Part shown: piece by piece, positions 1 to 5,906 of the stretch
Numbering within the stretch: position 1 is the stretch's first letter
Layout of the letters: each line of letters opens with the position of its first letter
IMG/VR virus record: IMGVR_UViG_2778261591_000026
Coordinates: 1-5,906 of that record
Source of the DNA: a virus
Lineage: Duplodnaviria > Heunggongvirae > Uroviricota > Caudoviricetes
Length of the DNA: 5,906 nt
Strand: one strand, 5' to 3'
Position numbers and translations under genes: made by a program
Notes under the pieces: model-generated
Database searches by the model: none
Told to the model about the DNA's origin: nothing
Seen by the model: only the letters and a program-made list of their open reading frames with translations

Positions 1-153
1 AGGGTTGATGTTTATCAGGGGCAAAATGGTCAATCAATCACTCTTGAATTACTGAATGCAAAGATTGGATTTGCAGCTTCAGGAAATGGCCCGCAGCAGC
101 AAAGTAGTAACCAGCAGAACACTCCTGTATACGACGATTCCATCCCATTCTGA
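1..153 (+). CDS. 3' end of a gene (5' truncated by window edge); C-terminus resembles single-stranded DNA-binding protein (SSB)
   Basis: Frame 1 is open from position 1 to TGA at 151-153. Translation ends ...GNGPQQQSSNQQNTPVYDDSIPF: a Gly/Gln/Pro-rich low-complexity tail ending in an acidic D-D-x-I-P-F tip, like the canonical SSB C-terminal tip DDDIPF. Not in the ORF track because it has no in-window Met start. Confidence 0.45.
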   Translation, partial: RVDVYQGQNGQSITLELLNAKIGFAASGNGPQQQSSNQQNTPVYDDSIPF

Positions 154-176
154 TTCAGAAAAATAAGGATTTAATC

Positions 177-473
177 ATGCCAGCGCCTCTGTATGGTGCG
201 GATGACCCGCGCCGCTGTTCCGGCAATTCCATATCGGAGGTGCTGGAAAATATCAAGAATAATCTCGACGCGTTTCTTGCTCTGCCACCAGAAACAAAAG
301 AAGAACGGAAGTACCGACGCGATATACAACTCGCAGAAAAACAGGAAAAAGACCGAATAAACGAAACATCAATCCGACCATTCCGCAAAGCCACATATAC
401 CCACTTCCCTGAATATATCGACCCGCGCCTGCGTAATTACCGCTCACGCTATGGCGCTATCAGTAATGACTGA
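177..473 (+). CDS. Hypothetical phage protein, 98 aa
   Basis: ORF track entry; ATG at 177 preceded by AAGGA at 165-169; same strand and tight spacing with neighbours. No recognised family. Confidence 0.55.
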   Translation: MPAPLYGADDPRRCSGNSISEVLENIKNNLDAFLALPPETKEERKYRRDIQLAEKQEKDRINETSIRPFRKATYTHFPEYIDPRLRNYRSRYGAISND

Positions 474-483
474 GGAATTTACC

Positions 484-774
484 ATGAAAACAATGAAGCT
501 AAACATCGACCTCGGAAAATACGTTATTACCGGAACCAAACACGACCTGATTCTTAGTGAAAGAGGAATTATCAAAGAAGGCGAGAATGCAGGGAAAGAA
601 ACACTAAGCCGTATCGGTTATTACAGCAAGTTTGAGCATCTGGTTAAAGAATTATGCAACCGTGAAATCATGTTATCTCAGGCGCAGACGCTACAGGATA
701 TTCAGCAACATATCGAGAATTTAGGTGTGTCACTTAGCATGGCTATTGACCAGTTCGTGGAGAGTAAATCATGA
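484..774 (+). CDS. Hypothetical phage protein, 96 aa (an in-frame longer form could start at 451)
   Basis: ORF track gives 451..774. ATG at 484 is preceded by GAGGA at 473-477 with 6-nt spacing and begins right after the upstream stop (471-473), so 484 is the preferred start. Stop TGA 772-774 overlaps the next ATG (ATGA). Confidence 0.6.
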   Translation: MKTMKLNIDLGKYVITGTKHDLILSERGIIKEGENAGKETLSRIGYYSKFEHLVKELCNREIMLSQAQTLQDIQQHIENLGVSLSMAIDQFVESKS

Positions 775-938
775 GAGGACTTGCATACAATCCCGGCATT
801 CTTCCAGCAGAAATGATTATTCGCCAACGCGTAAAGCCAATGCCATCGAGAGAGGAATTGCTTAAGAGAAATTCTTTTCCTTCAGTGAATCAAAACAAAT
901 ATCTGAATGCGATGTGGCGTAAAGGAGGCAAGCAGTGA
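771..938 (+). CDS. Small hypothetical protein, 55 aa ([55 protein letters not shown]), absent from the ORF track
   Basis: ATG at 771 overlaps the upstream stop (ATGA); its stop TGA 936-938 overlaps the GTG start at 935 (GTGA). It exactly fills the gap in an otherwise coupled operon. GGAGAG lies at 759-764. Confidence 0.4.
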   Translation: MRGLAYNPGILPAEMIIRQRVKPMPSREELLKRNSFPSVNQNKYLNAMWRKGGKQ

Positions 939-1393
939 GCGAAATTAACTATAAAGAACTGCGCGAGGCGGCGAAACAGGCAACGCAAGATGAATGGGTA
1001 GCATATATTTTGCCGGGCCATAACGGCATTTATCCTGCGCGCACGTCTGAGGGTAGGCATTGCGGATACTTTATTGACTGGCCTGGTACTGATGGACAGA
1101 GGAACGCTAGTGCCAATGCCCGTTATATCGCGGCTATCCCACCAAAAGTTGCGCTGGACCTCCTAGGCGAAATTAAGCGCCTGGAGGACAAAAATATTGA
1201 TGCCATGTGCCAAATTGCAGAGCTGGAGAGCAATCGCGCGGCGCTGGCGGCGGAGCATGGTATTCAGATTGCAATAAATGAACTGCTTGCTCTGGCCCCG
1301 CGTCTGGATAAACGAGCGGTGGATGCACTCTCTGTGGCTGTGGAGCACCTGTGTAAACTGATTAAGAAGGAGGCAGTCAGTGAGCAAAATTAA
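935..1393 (+). CDS. Ead/Ea22-like phage protein, 152 aa (paralog 1)
   Basis: GTG start at 935 with AAAGGAGG at 921-928. N-terminus [17 protein letters not shown]... resembles the N-terminal region I recall for lambda Ea22 and Ead-family proteins. Shares N-terminal and central motifs with the next ORF. Confidence 0.75.
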   Translation: MSEINYKELREAAKQATQDEWVAYILPGHNGIYPARTSEGRHCGYFIDWPGTDGQRNASANARYIAAIPPKVALDLLGEIKRLEDKNIDAMCQIAELESNRAALAAEHGIQIAINELLALAPRLDKRAVDALSVAVEHLCKLIKKEAVSEQN

Positions 1394-2054
1394 TTACCAG
1401 GCACTGCGTGAGGCGGCAGAGAAAGCAACGTGGGGAGACTGGGACTCATATAAACCACACCGTGGCGCACGTGGTTATGAGGTCCGACTAAGTAGTCAGG
1501 CCATTGCGCAACACGTCCTGAAAAACAACGCTGAATTTATTGCTGCCTTTAATCCAAAGATTGCTTTGGCACTACTGGATGAACGGGAAAGAAACCAGCA
1601 ATACATCAAACGCCGCGACCAGGAGAACGAGGATATTGCGCTAACGGTAGGGAAGCTGCGTGTTGAGCTGGAAGGCAAAGACAGCAAAATAGCCAATCTT
1701 ACCGCCGAACGCGATGCTCTTCGTGAAGGTGAGATGGGCGACGCTAGGCATAGCAACACACGGGCCGCAGCTGATATCTACTTCCAACTGGTCGAGGAGT
1801 GCGAAATTCCTGCTGGCCGTTCTCTGGTCGAGTACGTTGACGATATGCGCGAGAAGCTGGAAGCCGCAGAGAAGCGCATTGCTGAGCTGGAGTTGCGGGA
1901 GGTTGTGCTTCCGCAATGCTATAGCATGTTGCATCGCGTCGATTTTGACGAGCCTTACCACACTGAAATGGTTTACAGGCAGCATCAGGTTCTTGAGGCA
2001 CTGCACAACGCTGGAATAAACGTCACCGAAGCAGGTAAAGGAGAGGCATCATGA
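1380..2054 (+). CDS. Ead/Ea22-like phage protein, 224 aa (paralog 2), coiled-coil-rich middle and divergent C-terminal half
   Basis: GTG start at 1380 with AAGGAGG at 1366-1372. N-terminus [17 protein letters not shown]... and motif PKIALALLDERERNQQYIKRRDQENEDIALTVGKLRVELE resemble lambda Ea22 as I recall it. Stop TGA 2052-2054 overlaps next ATG 2051 (ATGA). Confidence 0.75.
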   Translation: MSKINYQALREAAEKATWGDWDSYKPHRGARGYEVRLSSQAIAQHVLKNNAEFIAAFNPKIALALLDERERNQQYIKRRDQENEDIALTVGKLRVELEGKDSKIANLTAERDALREGEMGDARHSNTRAAADIYFQLVEECEIPAGRSLVEYVDDMREKLEAAEKRIAELELREVVLPQCYSMLHRVDFDEPYHTEMVYRQHQVLEALHNAGINVTEAGKGEAS

Positions 2055-2578
2055 GCACTATCACAAGAGAATGGCTGCAGCAGACTATCAACGATTATGA
2101 AAGCGTTCGTGATGAGCTTCCTTTCGGGCTTGATGATTACCAGGGGAATATCCTGGCTGCCCTGCGTATCGCACTGGCATCGCTGGAAGCAGAGCCGGTG
2201 GCGTGGAAGGTAACATTCACGCAAATTGACCGTGAATATAACACGTTCACTGGTATGTATTCTGACAAAGCAGAAGTCGAACGGTGGGTGCGTCTGCATA
2301 AAGCATGTAATTTTCGGGCAGATATAACACCGCTTTATACCGCCAAGCCAGTGCCGGTAACTCCGGATGGTTGGATAAGCTGTAGTGAGCGAATGCCGGA
2401 AATTAGACAAACAGTTATTGGATGGAATGGATATGCAGTTAGACAATGCGTATATACAAGGAATGAATATGCCAAGACACAGAAAGGCAGAGAGCCAAGG
2501 TTTGAAACCTTAACTGGTATATGGCATGGAGTAACCCACTGGATGCCGCTACCAGAACCGCCGCAGGAGGTGAAGTGA
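2051..2578 (+). CDS. Phage protein with DUF551-like C-terminal region, 175 aa
   Basis: ATG 2051 preceded by GGAGAGG. C-terminal segment ...PDGWISCSERMPE...GW...THWMPLPEPP matches my recollection of the DUF551 signature common in lambdoid prophage accessory regions. Stop 2576-2578 overlaps next ATG 2578. Confidence 0.75.
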   Translation: MSTITREWLQQTINDYESVRDELPFGLDDYQGNILAALRIALASLEAEPVAWKVTFTQIDREYNTFTGMYSDKAEVERWVRLHKACNFRADITPLYTAKPVPVTPDGWISCSERMPEIRQTVIGWNGYAVRQCVYTRNEYAKTQKGREPRFETLTGIWHGVTHWMPLPEPPQEVK

Positions 2579-2856
2579 TGGACTCCTTCGCGAAATATAC
2601 GATTATTGACTGGATAGCCTTCCTTCAGGTTTTGCTCATCTGGTTTTATATGGCTTACAGGAGTGGACAGTGGATTGTCAGTGTAGCCTGTAGCAAGGGA
2701 TGGCGTTGGTGGAACCGGAAGAATAAAAAAGCACTGGCATTGGATTCGTTTTACGAAGCATTCAATCTTAACAGCCTTCAACCTGGTTCTGTCATTGTAG
2801 TCACCACTCAAAGCGGCATGACCATTCAGATTCATAAACCAAAAGAGGAAAAATGA
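2578..2856 (+). CDS. Small predicted membrane protein, 92 aa (the ORF track's 2521 start is an in-frame extension inside the upstream gene)
   Basis: ATG 2578 with GGAGG at 2566-2570 (7-nt spacing), coupled to the upstream stop. Translation has one strongly hydrophobic segment (IIDWIAFLQVLLIWFYMAY) followed by a basic patch (KGWRWWNRKNKK) and a roughly 45-aa tail. No recognised family. Confidence 0.55.
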   Translation: MDSFAKYTIIDWIAFLQVLLIWFYMAYRSGQWIVSVACSKGWRWWNRKNKKALALDSFYEAFNLNSLQPGSVIVVTTQSGMTIQIHKPKEEK

Positions 2857-2942
2857 TGTGGCCTATATGTGTTAATTGCGGACGGATGTGCCTATCTGGA
2901 TGGTGCCGAAAGTGCGACAAATGCACGAAGCAAAGACAATAA
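2853..2942 (+). CDS. Candidate Cys-rich micro-protein, 29 aa (MMWPICVNCGRMCLSGWCRKCDKCTKQRQ), possible zinc-ribbon-like peptide
   Basis: ATG 2853 overlaps the upstream stop 2854-2856 (ATGA); purine-rich AGAGGA at 2844-2849. Six Cys in 29 residues arranged CxxC-x3-C-x4-CxxCxxC. Too short for the ORF track; coding status unproven. Confidence 0.3.
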   Translation: MMWPICVNCGRMCLSGWCRKCDKCTKQRQ

Positions 2943-2976
2943 CAATCCTCGCACTCGCGGGGATTTCTTTTATCTG

Positions 2977-3002
2977 AACTCGCTACGGCGAGTTTTGTTT
3001 TA
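2977..3002 (+). terminator. Candidate hairpin plus U-rich tract (weak intrinsic terminator or RNA structural element)
   Basis: AACTCGC (2977-2983) pairs with GCGAGTT (2988-2994) around a 4-nt loop TACG, followed by TTGTTTTA. Lies in the 72-bp non-coding gap before the 55-aa ORF. Confidence 0.25.
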
Positions 3003-3014
3003 TGGAGATGATAA

Positions 3015-3182
3015 ATGCACTTCCGAGTCACAGGCGAATGGAATGGAGAGCCATTCAACAGAGTTATCGAAGCAGAGGACATCAATGACTGCTATAACCA
3101 CTGGATGATATGGGCGCAGATAGCAAATGCAGACATAACCAATATTCGAATTGAAGAACTGAAAGAACACCAAACCGCCTGA
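3015..3182 (+). CDS. Small hypothetical phage protein, 55 aa (MHFRVTGEWNGEPFNRVIEAEDINDCYNHWMIWAQIANADITNIRIEELKEHQTA); same position as the small ORF preceding xis in lambda
   Basis: ATG 3015 preceded by GGAGA at 3004-3008 (6-nt spacing); clean translation. Prefer this over the overlapping track ORF 2869..3108, which has no RBS and runs across the 2977-3002 hairpin. Confidence 0.55.
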   Translation: MHFRVTGEWNGEPFNRVIEAEDINDCYNHWMIWAQIANADITNIRIEELKEHQTA

Positions 3183-3196
3183 TGGCGGTTTTTTCT
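3173..3196 (+). terminator. Candidate rho-independent terminator directly after the 55-aa ORF
   Basis: AACCGCC (3173-3179) pairs with GGCGGTT (3184-3190), a 7-bp stem with 5 GC pairs and loop TGAT, followed by TTTTTCTT. The ORF stop codon sits in the loop. Confidence 0.4.
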
Positions 3197-3235
3197 TGCG
3201 AGTAATTGCGGAGACTTTGCGATGTACTTGACACT
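3196..3235 (+). promoter_or_regulatory. Probable cII-activated pI-type promoter for int (cII half-sites TTGC-N6-TTGC at 3196-3209), overlapping the xis start
   Basis: TTGC at 3196-3199 and 3206-3209 separated by 6 nt, the spacing of cII sites in lambda pRE/pI/paQ. Location at the 5' end of xis matches the known position of lambda pI. Confidence 0.5.
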
Positions 3236-3440
3236 TCAGGAGTGGAACGCACGCCAGCGACGTCCAAGAAGCCTTGAAACAGTTCGTCGATGGGTGCGCG
3301 AATGCAGGATATTCCCTCCTCCGGTTAAGGATGGAAGAGAGTATCTGTTCCACGAATCAGCGGTAAAGGTTGACTTAAATCGACCAGTAACAGGTAGCCT
3401 TTTGAAGAGGATCAGAAATGGGAAGAAGGCGAAGTCATGA
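3222..3440 (+). CDS. xis: Excisionase Xis, 72 aa, lambda type
   Basis: Translation MYLTLQEWNARQRRPRSLETVRRWVRECRIFPPPVKDGREYLFHESAVKVDLNRP... is recognisable as lambda Xis. Overlaps int by 23 nt as in lambda. Confidence 0.95.
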   Translation: MYLTLQEWNARQRRPRSLETVRRWVRECRIFPPPVKDGREYLFHESAVKVDLNRPVTGSLLKRIRNGKKAKS

Positions 3441-4488
3441 GCGCCGGGATTTACCCCCTAACCTTTATATAAGAAACAATGGATATTACTGCTACAGGGA
3501 CCCAAGGACGGGTAAAGAGTTTGGATTAGGCCGAGACAGGAGGATAGCAATCACTGAAGCAATACAGGCCAACATTGAGTTATTTTCAGGACACAAACAC
3601 AAGCCTCTGACAGCGAGAATCAACAGTGATAATTCTGTTACGTTACATTCATGGCTTGATCGCTACGAAAAAATACTCGCCAGCAGAGGAATCAAGCAGA
3701 AGACACTCATAAATTACATGAGCAAAATTAAAGCAATAAGGAGGGGTCTGCCTGATGCTCCAATTGAAGACATCACCACAAAAGAAATTGCGGCAATGCT
3801 CAATGGATACATAGACGAGGGCAAGGCGGCGTCAGCCAAGTTAATCAGATCAACACTGAGCGATGCATTCCGAGAGGCAATAGCTGAAGGCCATATAACA
3901 ACAAACCCGGTCGCTGCCACTCGCGCAGCAAAATCAGAGGTAAGGAGATCAAGACTTACGGCTGACGAATACCTGAAAATTTATCAAGCAGCAGAATCAT
4001 CACCATGTTGGCTCAGACTTGCAATGGAACTGGCTGTTGTTACCGGGCAGCGAGTTGGTGATTTATGCGAAATGAAGTGGTCTGATATCGTAGATGGATA
4101 TCTTTATGTCGAGCAAAGCAAAACAGGCGTAAAAATTGCCATCCCTACAACATTGCATGTTGATGCTCTCGGGATATCAATGAAGGAAACACTTGATAAA
4201 TGCAAAGAGATTCTTGGCGGAGAAACCATAATTGCATCTACTCGTCGTGAACCGCTTTCATCCGGAACAGTATCAAGGTATTTTATGCGCGCACGAAAAG
4301 CATCAGGTCTTTCCTTCGAAGGGGATCCGCCTACCTTTCACGAGTTGCGCAGTTTGTCTGCAAGACTCTATGAGAAGCAGATAAGCGATAAATTTGCTCA
4401 ACATCTTCTCGGGCATAAGTCGGACACCATGGCATCACAGTATCGTGATGACAGAGGCAGGGAGTGGGACAAAATTGAAATCAAATAA
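3418..4488 (+). CDS. int: Tyrosine site-specific integrase Int, 356 aa, lambda type
   Basis: Translation MGRRRSHERRDLPPNLYIRNNGYYCYRDPRTGKEFGLGRD... ending ...HLLGHKSDTMASQYRDDRGREWDKIEIK is recognisable as lambda Int. HxxR motif (HELR) present and the catalytic Tyr codon TAT is at 4441-4443 (residue 342). Confidence 0.97.
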   Translation: MGRRRSHERRDLPPNLYIRNNGYYCYRDPRTGKEFGLGRDRRIAITEAIQANIELFSGHKHKPLTARINSDNSVTLHSWLDRYEKILASRGIKQKTLINYMSKIKAIRRGLPDAPIEDITTKEIAAMLNGYIDEGKAASAKLIRSTLSDAFREAIAEGHITTNPVAATRAAKSEVRRSRLTADEYLKIYQAAESSPCWLRLAMELAVVTGQRVGDLCEMKWSDIVDGYLYVEQSKTGVKIAIPTTLHVDALGISMKETLDKCKEILGGETIIASTRREPLSSGTVSRYFMRARKASGLSFEGDPPTFHELRSLSARLYEKQISDKFAQHLLGHKSDTMASQYRDDRGREWDKIEIK

Positions 4489-4561
4489 TGATTTTATTTT
4501 GACTGATAGTGACCTGTTCGTTGCAACAAATTGATAAGCAATGCTTTTTTATAATGCCAAC
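4485..4561. other. attP P' arm: Int arm-type sites P'1-P'3 (about 4485-4513, reverse-complement orientation) and IHF H' site (about 4524-4536)
   Basis: Sequence caaataatgattttattttgactgatagtgacctgttcgttgcaacaaattgataagcaatgc is the reverse complement of the lambda P' arm as I recall it. It contains ATAGTGAC arm-type motifs and caacaaattgata, the reverse complement of an IHF-consensus-like TATCAATTTGTTG. Confidence 0.8.
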
Positions 4562-4576
4562 TTAGTATAAAAAAGC
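4562..4576. other. att core (common core O) of the prophage/host junction, attL (B-O-P') read on the opposite strand
   Basis: TTAGTATAAAAAAGC is the reverse complement of the lambda core GCTTTTTTATACTAA. Left flank (ccaac) continues as P' arm; right flank (aggcttcaacgg) continues as host attB arm. Confidence 0.9.
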
Positions 4577-4622
4577 AGGCTTCAACGGATTCATTTTTCT
4601 ATTTCATAGCCCGGAGCAACCT

Positions 4623-5906
4623 GTGAACACATTTTCAGTTTCCCGTCTGGCGCTGGCATTGGCTTTTGGCGTGACGCTGACCGCCTGTAGCTCAACCCCG
4701 CCCGATCAACGTCCTTCTGATCAAACCGCGCCTGGTACCTCTTCTCGCCCGATTCTGTCGGCAAAAGAAGCGCAGAATTTCGATGCTCAACACTATTTTG
4801 CATCCCTGACACCAGGTGCTGCAGCGTGGAATCCTTCCCCGATTACCCTGCCTGCGCAACCTGACTTTGTTGTCGGCCCGGCGGGCACTCAAGGTGTAAC
4901 GCATACCACGATTCAGGCGGCGGTAGATGCGGCAATTATCAAGCGTACCAACAAGCGCCAGTATATTGCCGTGATGCCTGGTGAGTATCAGGGAACGGTA
5001 TATGTCCCTGCCGCTCCGGGTGGAATTACTCTGTACGGTACAGGTGAAAAACCGATTGATGTGAAGATTGGGCTTTCCCTTGATGGTGGCATGAGCCCTG
5101 CCGACTGGCGTCACGACGTCAACCCGCGCGGCAAATATATGCCAGGTAAACCAGCGTGGTATATGTACGATAGCTGCCAGAGCAAACGCAGCGACAGTAT
5201 CGGTGTTCTCTGCTCTGCGGTCTTCTGGTCACAAAACAATGGCCTGCAACTGCAAAATCTGACCATCGAAAACACGCTGGGCGATAGCGTAGATGCAGGT
5301 AACCATCCGGCGGTGGCACTGCGTACTGATGGTGACCAGGTACAGATTAACAACGTTAACATTCTCGGTCGTCAGAACACCTTCTTTGTCACCAACAGCG
5401 GTGTGCAGAACCGTCTGGAAACGAATCGTCAGCCGCGTACGCTGGTGACCAACAGCTACATTGAAGGGGATGTGGATATCGTTTCTGGTCGCGGCGCAGT
5501 GGTGTTCGATAACACCGAATTCCGCGTGGTGAACTCACGTACTCAGCAAGAAGCGTATGTGTTTGCACCGGCTACGCTGTCCAACATTTACTACGGTTTC
5601 CTCGCCGTAAACAGCCGTTTCAATGCTTTCGGTGATGGTGTGGCGCAACTGGGCCGCTCGCTGGATGTTGATGCCAATACCAACGGTCAGGTGGTGATCC
5701 GTGATAGCGCCATCAACGAAGGTTTTAACACGGCTAAACCGTGGGCCGATGCGGTGATCTCTAATCGTCCGTTTGCGGGTAATACCGGCAGCGTAAATGA
5801 TAACGACGAAATACAGCGCAATCTGAATGACACTAACTACAACCGCATGTGGGAATACAATAACCGCGGCGTGGGTAGTAAAGTGGTTGCAGAGGCGAAG
5901 AAGTAA
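4623..5906 (+). CDS. ybhC: Host outer-membrane lipoprotein YbhC, 427 aa (pectinesterase-like, carbohydrate esterase family 8 fold)
   Basis: GTG start at 4623 with GGAG at 4612-4615. Signal peptide with lipobox L-T-A-C (Cys22). Sequence recognisable as E. coli YbhC, the gene next to attB-lambda. Stop TAA at 5904-5906 is the last codon in the window. Confidence 0.93.
   Translation: MNTFSVSRLALALAFGVTLTACSSTPPDQRPSDQTAPGTSSRPILSAKEAQNFDAQHYFASLTPGAAAWNPSPITLPAQPDFVVGPAGTQGVTHTTIQAAVDAAIIKRTNKRQYIAVMPGEYQGTVYVPAAPGGITLYGTGEKPIDVKIGLSLDGGMSPADWRHDVNPRGKYMPGKPAWYMYDSCQSKRSDSIGVLCSAVFWSQNNGLQLQNLTIENTLGDSVDAGNHPAVALRTDGDQVQINNVNILGRQNTFFVTNSGVQNRLETNRQPRTLVTNSYIEGDVDIVSGRGAVVFDNTEFRVVNSRTQQEAYVFAPATLSNIYYGFLAVNSRFNAFGDGVAQLGRSLDVDANTNGQVVIRDSAINEGFNTAKPWADAVISNRPFAGNTGSVNDNDEIQRNLNDTNYNRMWEYNNRGVGSKVVAEAKK

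Larger units (their letters stand above)
1..4576. mobile_element. Int-proximal end of a lambda-type (lambdoid) prophage, partial; extends beyond the window on the left and ends at the att core
   Basis: Contiguous same-strand phage genes (Ead/Ea22-like, DUF551-like, xis, int) followed by a sequence I recognise as the lambda attP P' arm and 15-bp core, then host ybhC. Boundary is where P'-arm-like sequence gives way to the host ybhC leader. Confidence 0.9.

Noticed and set aside
451-483. Longer start (ATG 451) for the 96-aa ORF
   Set aside because: It overlaps the upstream gene by 23 nt with no RBS; ATG 484 follows GAGGA. Not excluded, only less likely.
1714-2019. Plus-strand 101-aa ORF inside the second Ea22-like gene
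   Set aside because: Out-of-frame overlap entirely within a gene that has a strong RBS and a family-like translation; low-complexity product; no RBS.
2521-2577. Longer start (ATG 2521) for the small membrane protein
   Set aside because: It would begin 57 nt inside the DUF551-like gene with no RBS, whereas ATG 2578 has GGAGG at ideal spacing and abuts the upstream stop.
2869-3108. Plus-strand 79-aa track ORF
   Set aside because: No RBS, crosses the 2977-3002 hairpin, and overlaps in the wrong frame both the Cys-rich micro-ORF and the better-supported 55-aa ORF (3015..3182).
2853-3182. The Cys-rich micro-ORF and the 55-aa ORF as one disrupted gene (for example an Ea8.5-like pseudogene)
   Set aside because: They are in the same frame, but the intervening 72 bp contains three in-frame stops (2940, 3009, 3012), not a single lesion; treated as separate elements.
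4489-4622. tRNA gene or sib-type retroregulator at the integration site
   Set aside because: Lambda-type attB is not in a tRNA gene and no cloverleaf-like sequence is apparent. In a prophage sib lies at the opposite junction (P arm), so it is not expected here.
155-5362. All minus-strand ORFs in the track (155..394, 253..447, 1163..1387, 1496..1759, 1641..2006, 1744..2001, 1985..2446, 2335..2835, 2801..3085, 3000..3353, 3082..3267, 3714..3920, 4591..4812, 4692..5114, 5111..5362, 5119..5319)
   Set aside because: Each lies antisense to a better-supported + strand gene with an RBS and recognisable product or coupling. None has a convincing RBS or a recognisable product; their length is expected by chance opposite coding DNA.
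1-5906. CRISPR array, IS element or transposase
   Set aside because: No regularly spaced direct repeats, terminal inverted repeats or transposase-like ORFs were seen.

Overview
This window is the int-proximal end of a lambda-type prophage integrated at the E. coli attB-lambda site, followed by the host gene ybhC. All supported genes are on the + strand. From 1 to about 3200 there is a tightly packed early-left accessory ('ea-like') operon: the 3' end of an SSB-like gene, three small hypothetical ORFs, two tandem Ead/Ea22-like paralogs, a DUF551-like protein, a small predicted membrane protein, a 29-aa Cys-rich micro-ORF and a 55-aa ORF. Most genes in this operon have overlapping stop/start codons. 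Then come the cII-type pI promoter motif, xis (3222..3440), int (3418..4488, 356 aa, lambda Int-like), the P' arm and 15-bp att core (4562..4576), about 46 bp of host DNA, and ybhC (4623..5906, lipoprotein, ends at the window edge). No tRNA, rRNA, CRISPR or IS element was seen. All homology statements come from reading the translations and recalling known lambda and E. coli sequences; no database search was run. The cargo between the SSB-like gene and xis is the part most likely to hold undescribed function, but nothing in it matches a defence or toxin family I recognise.
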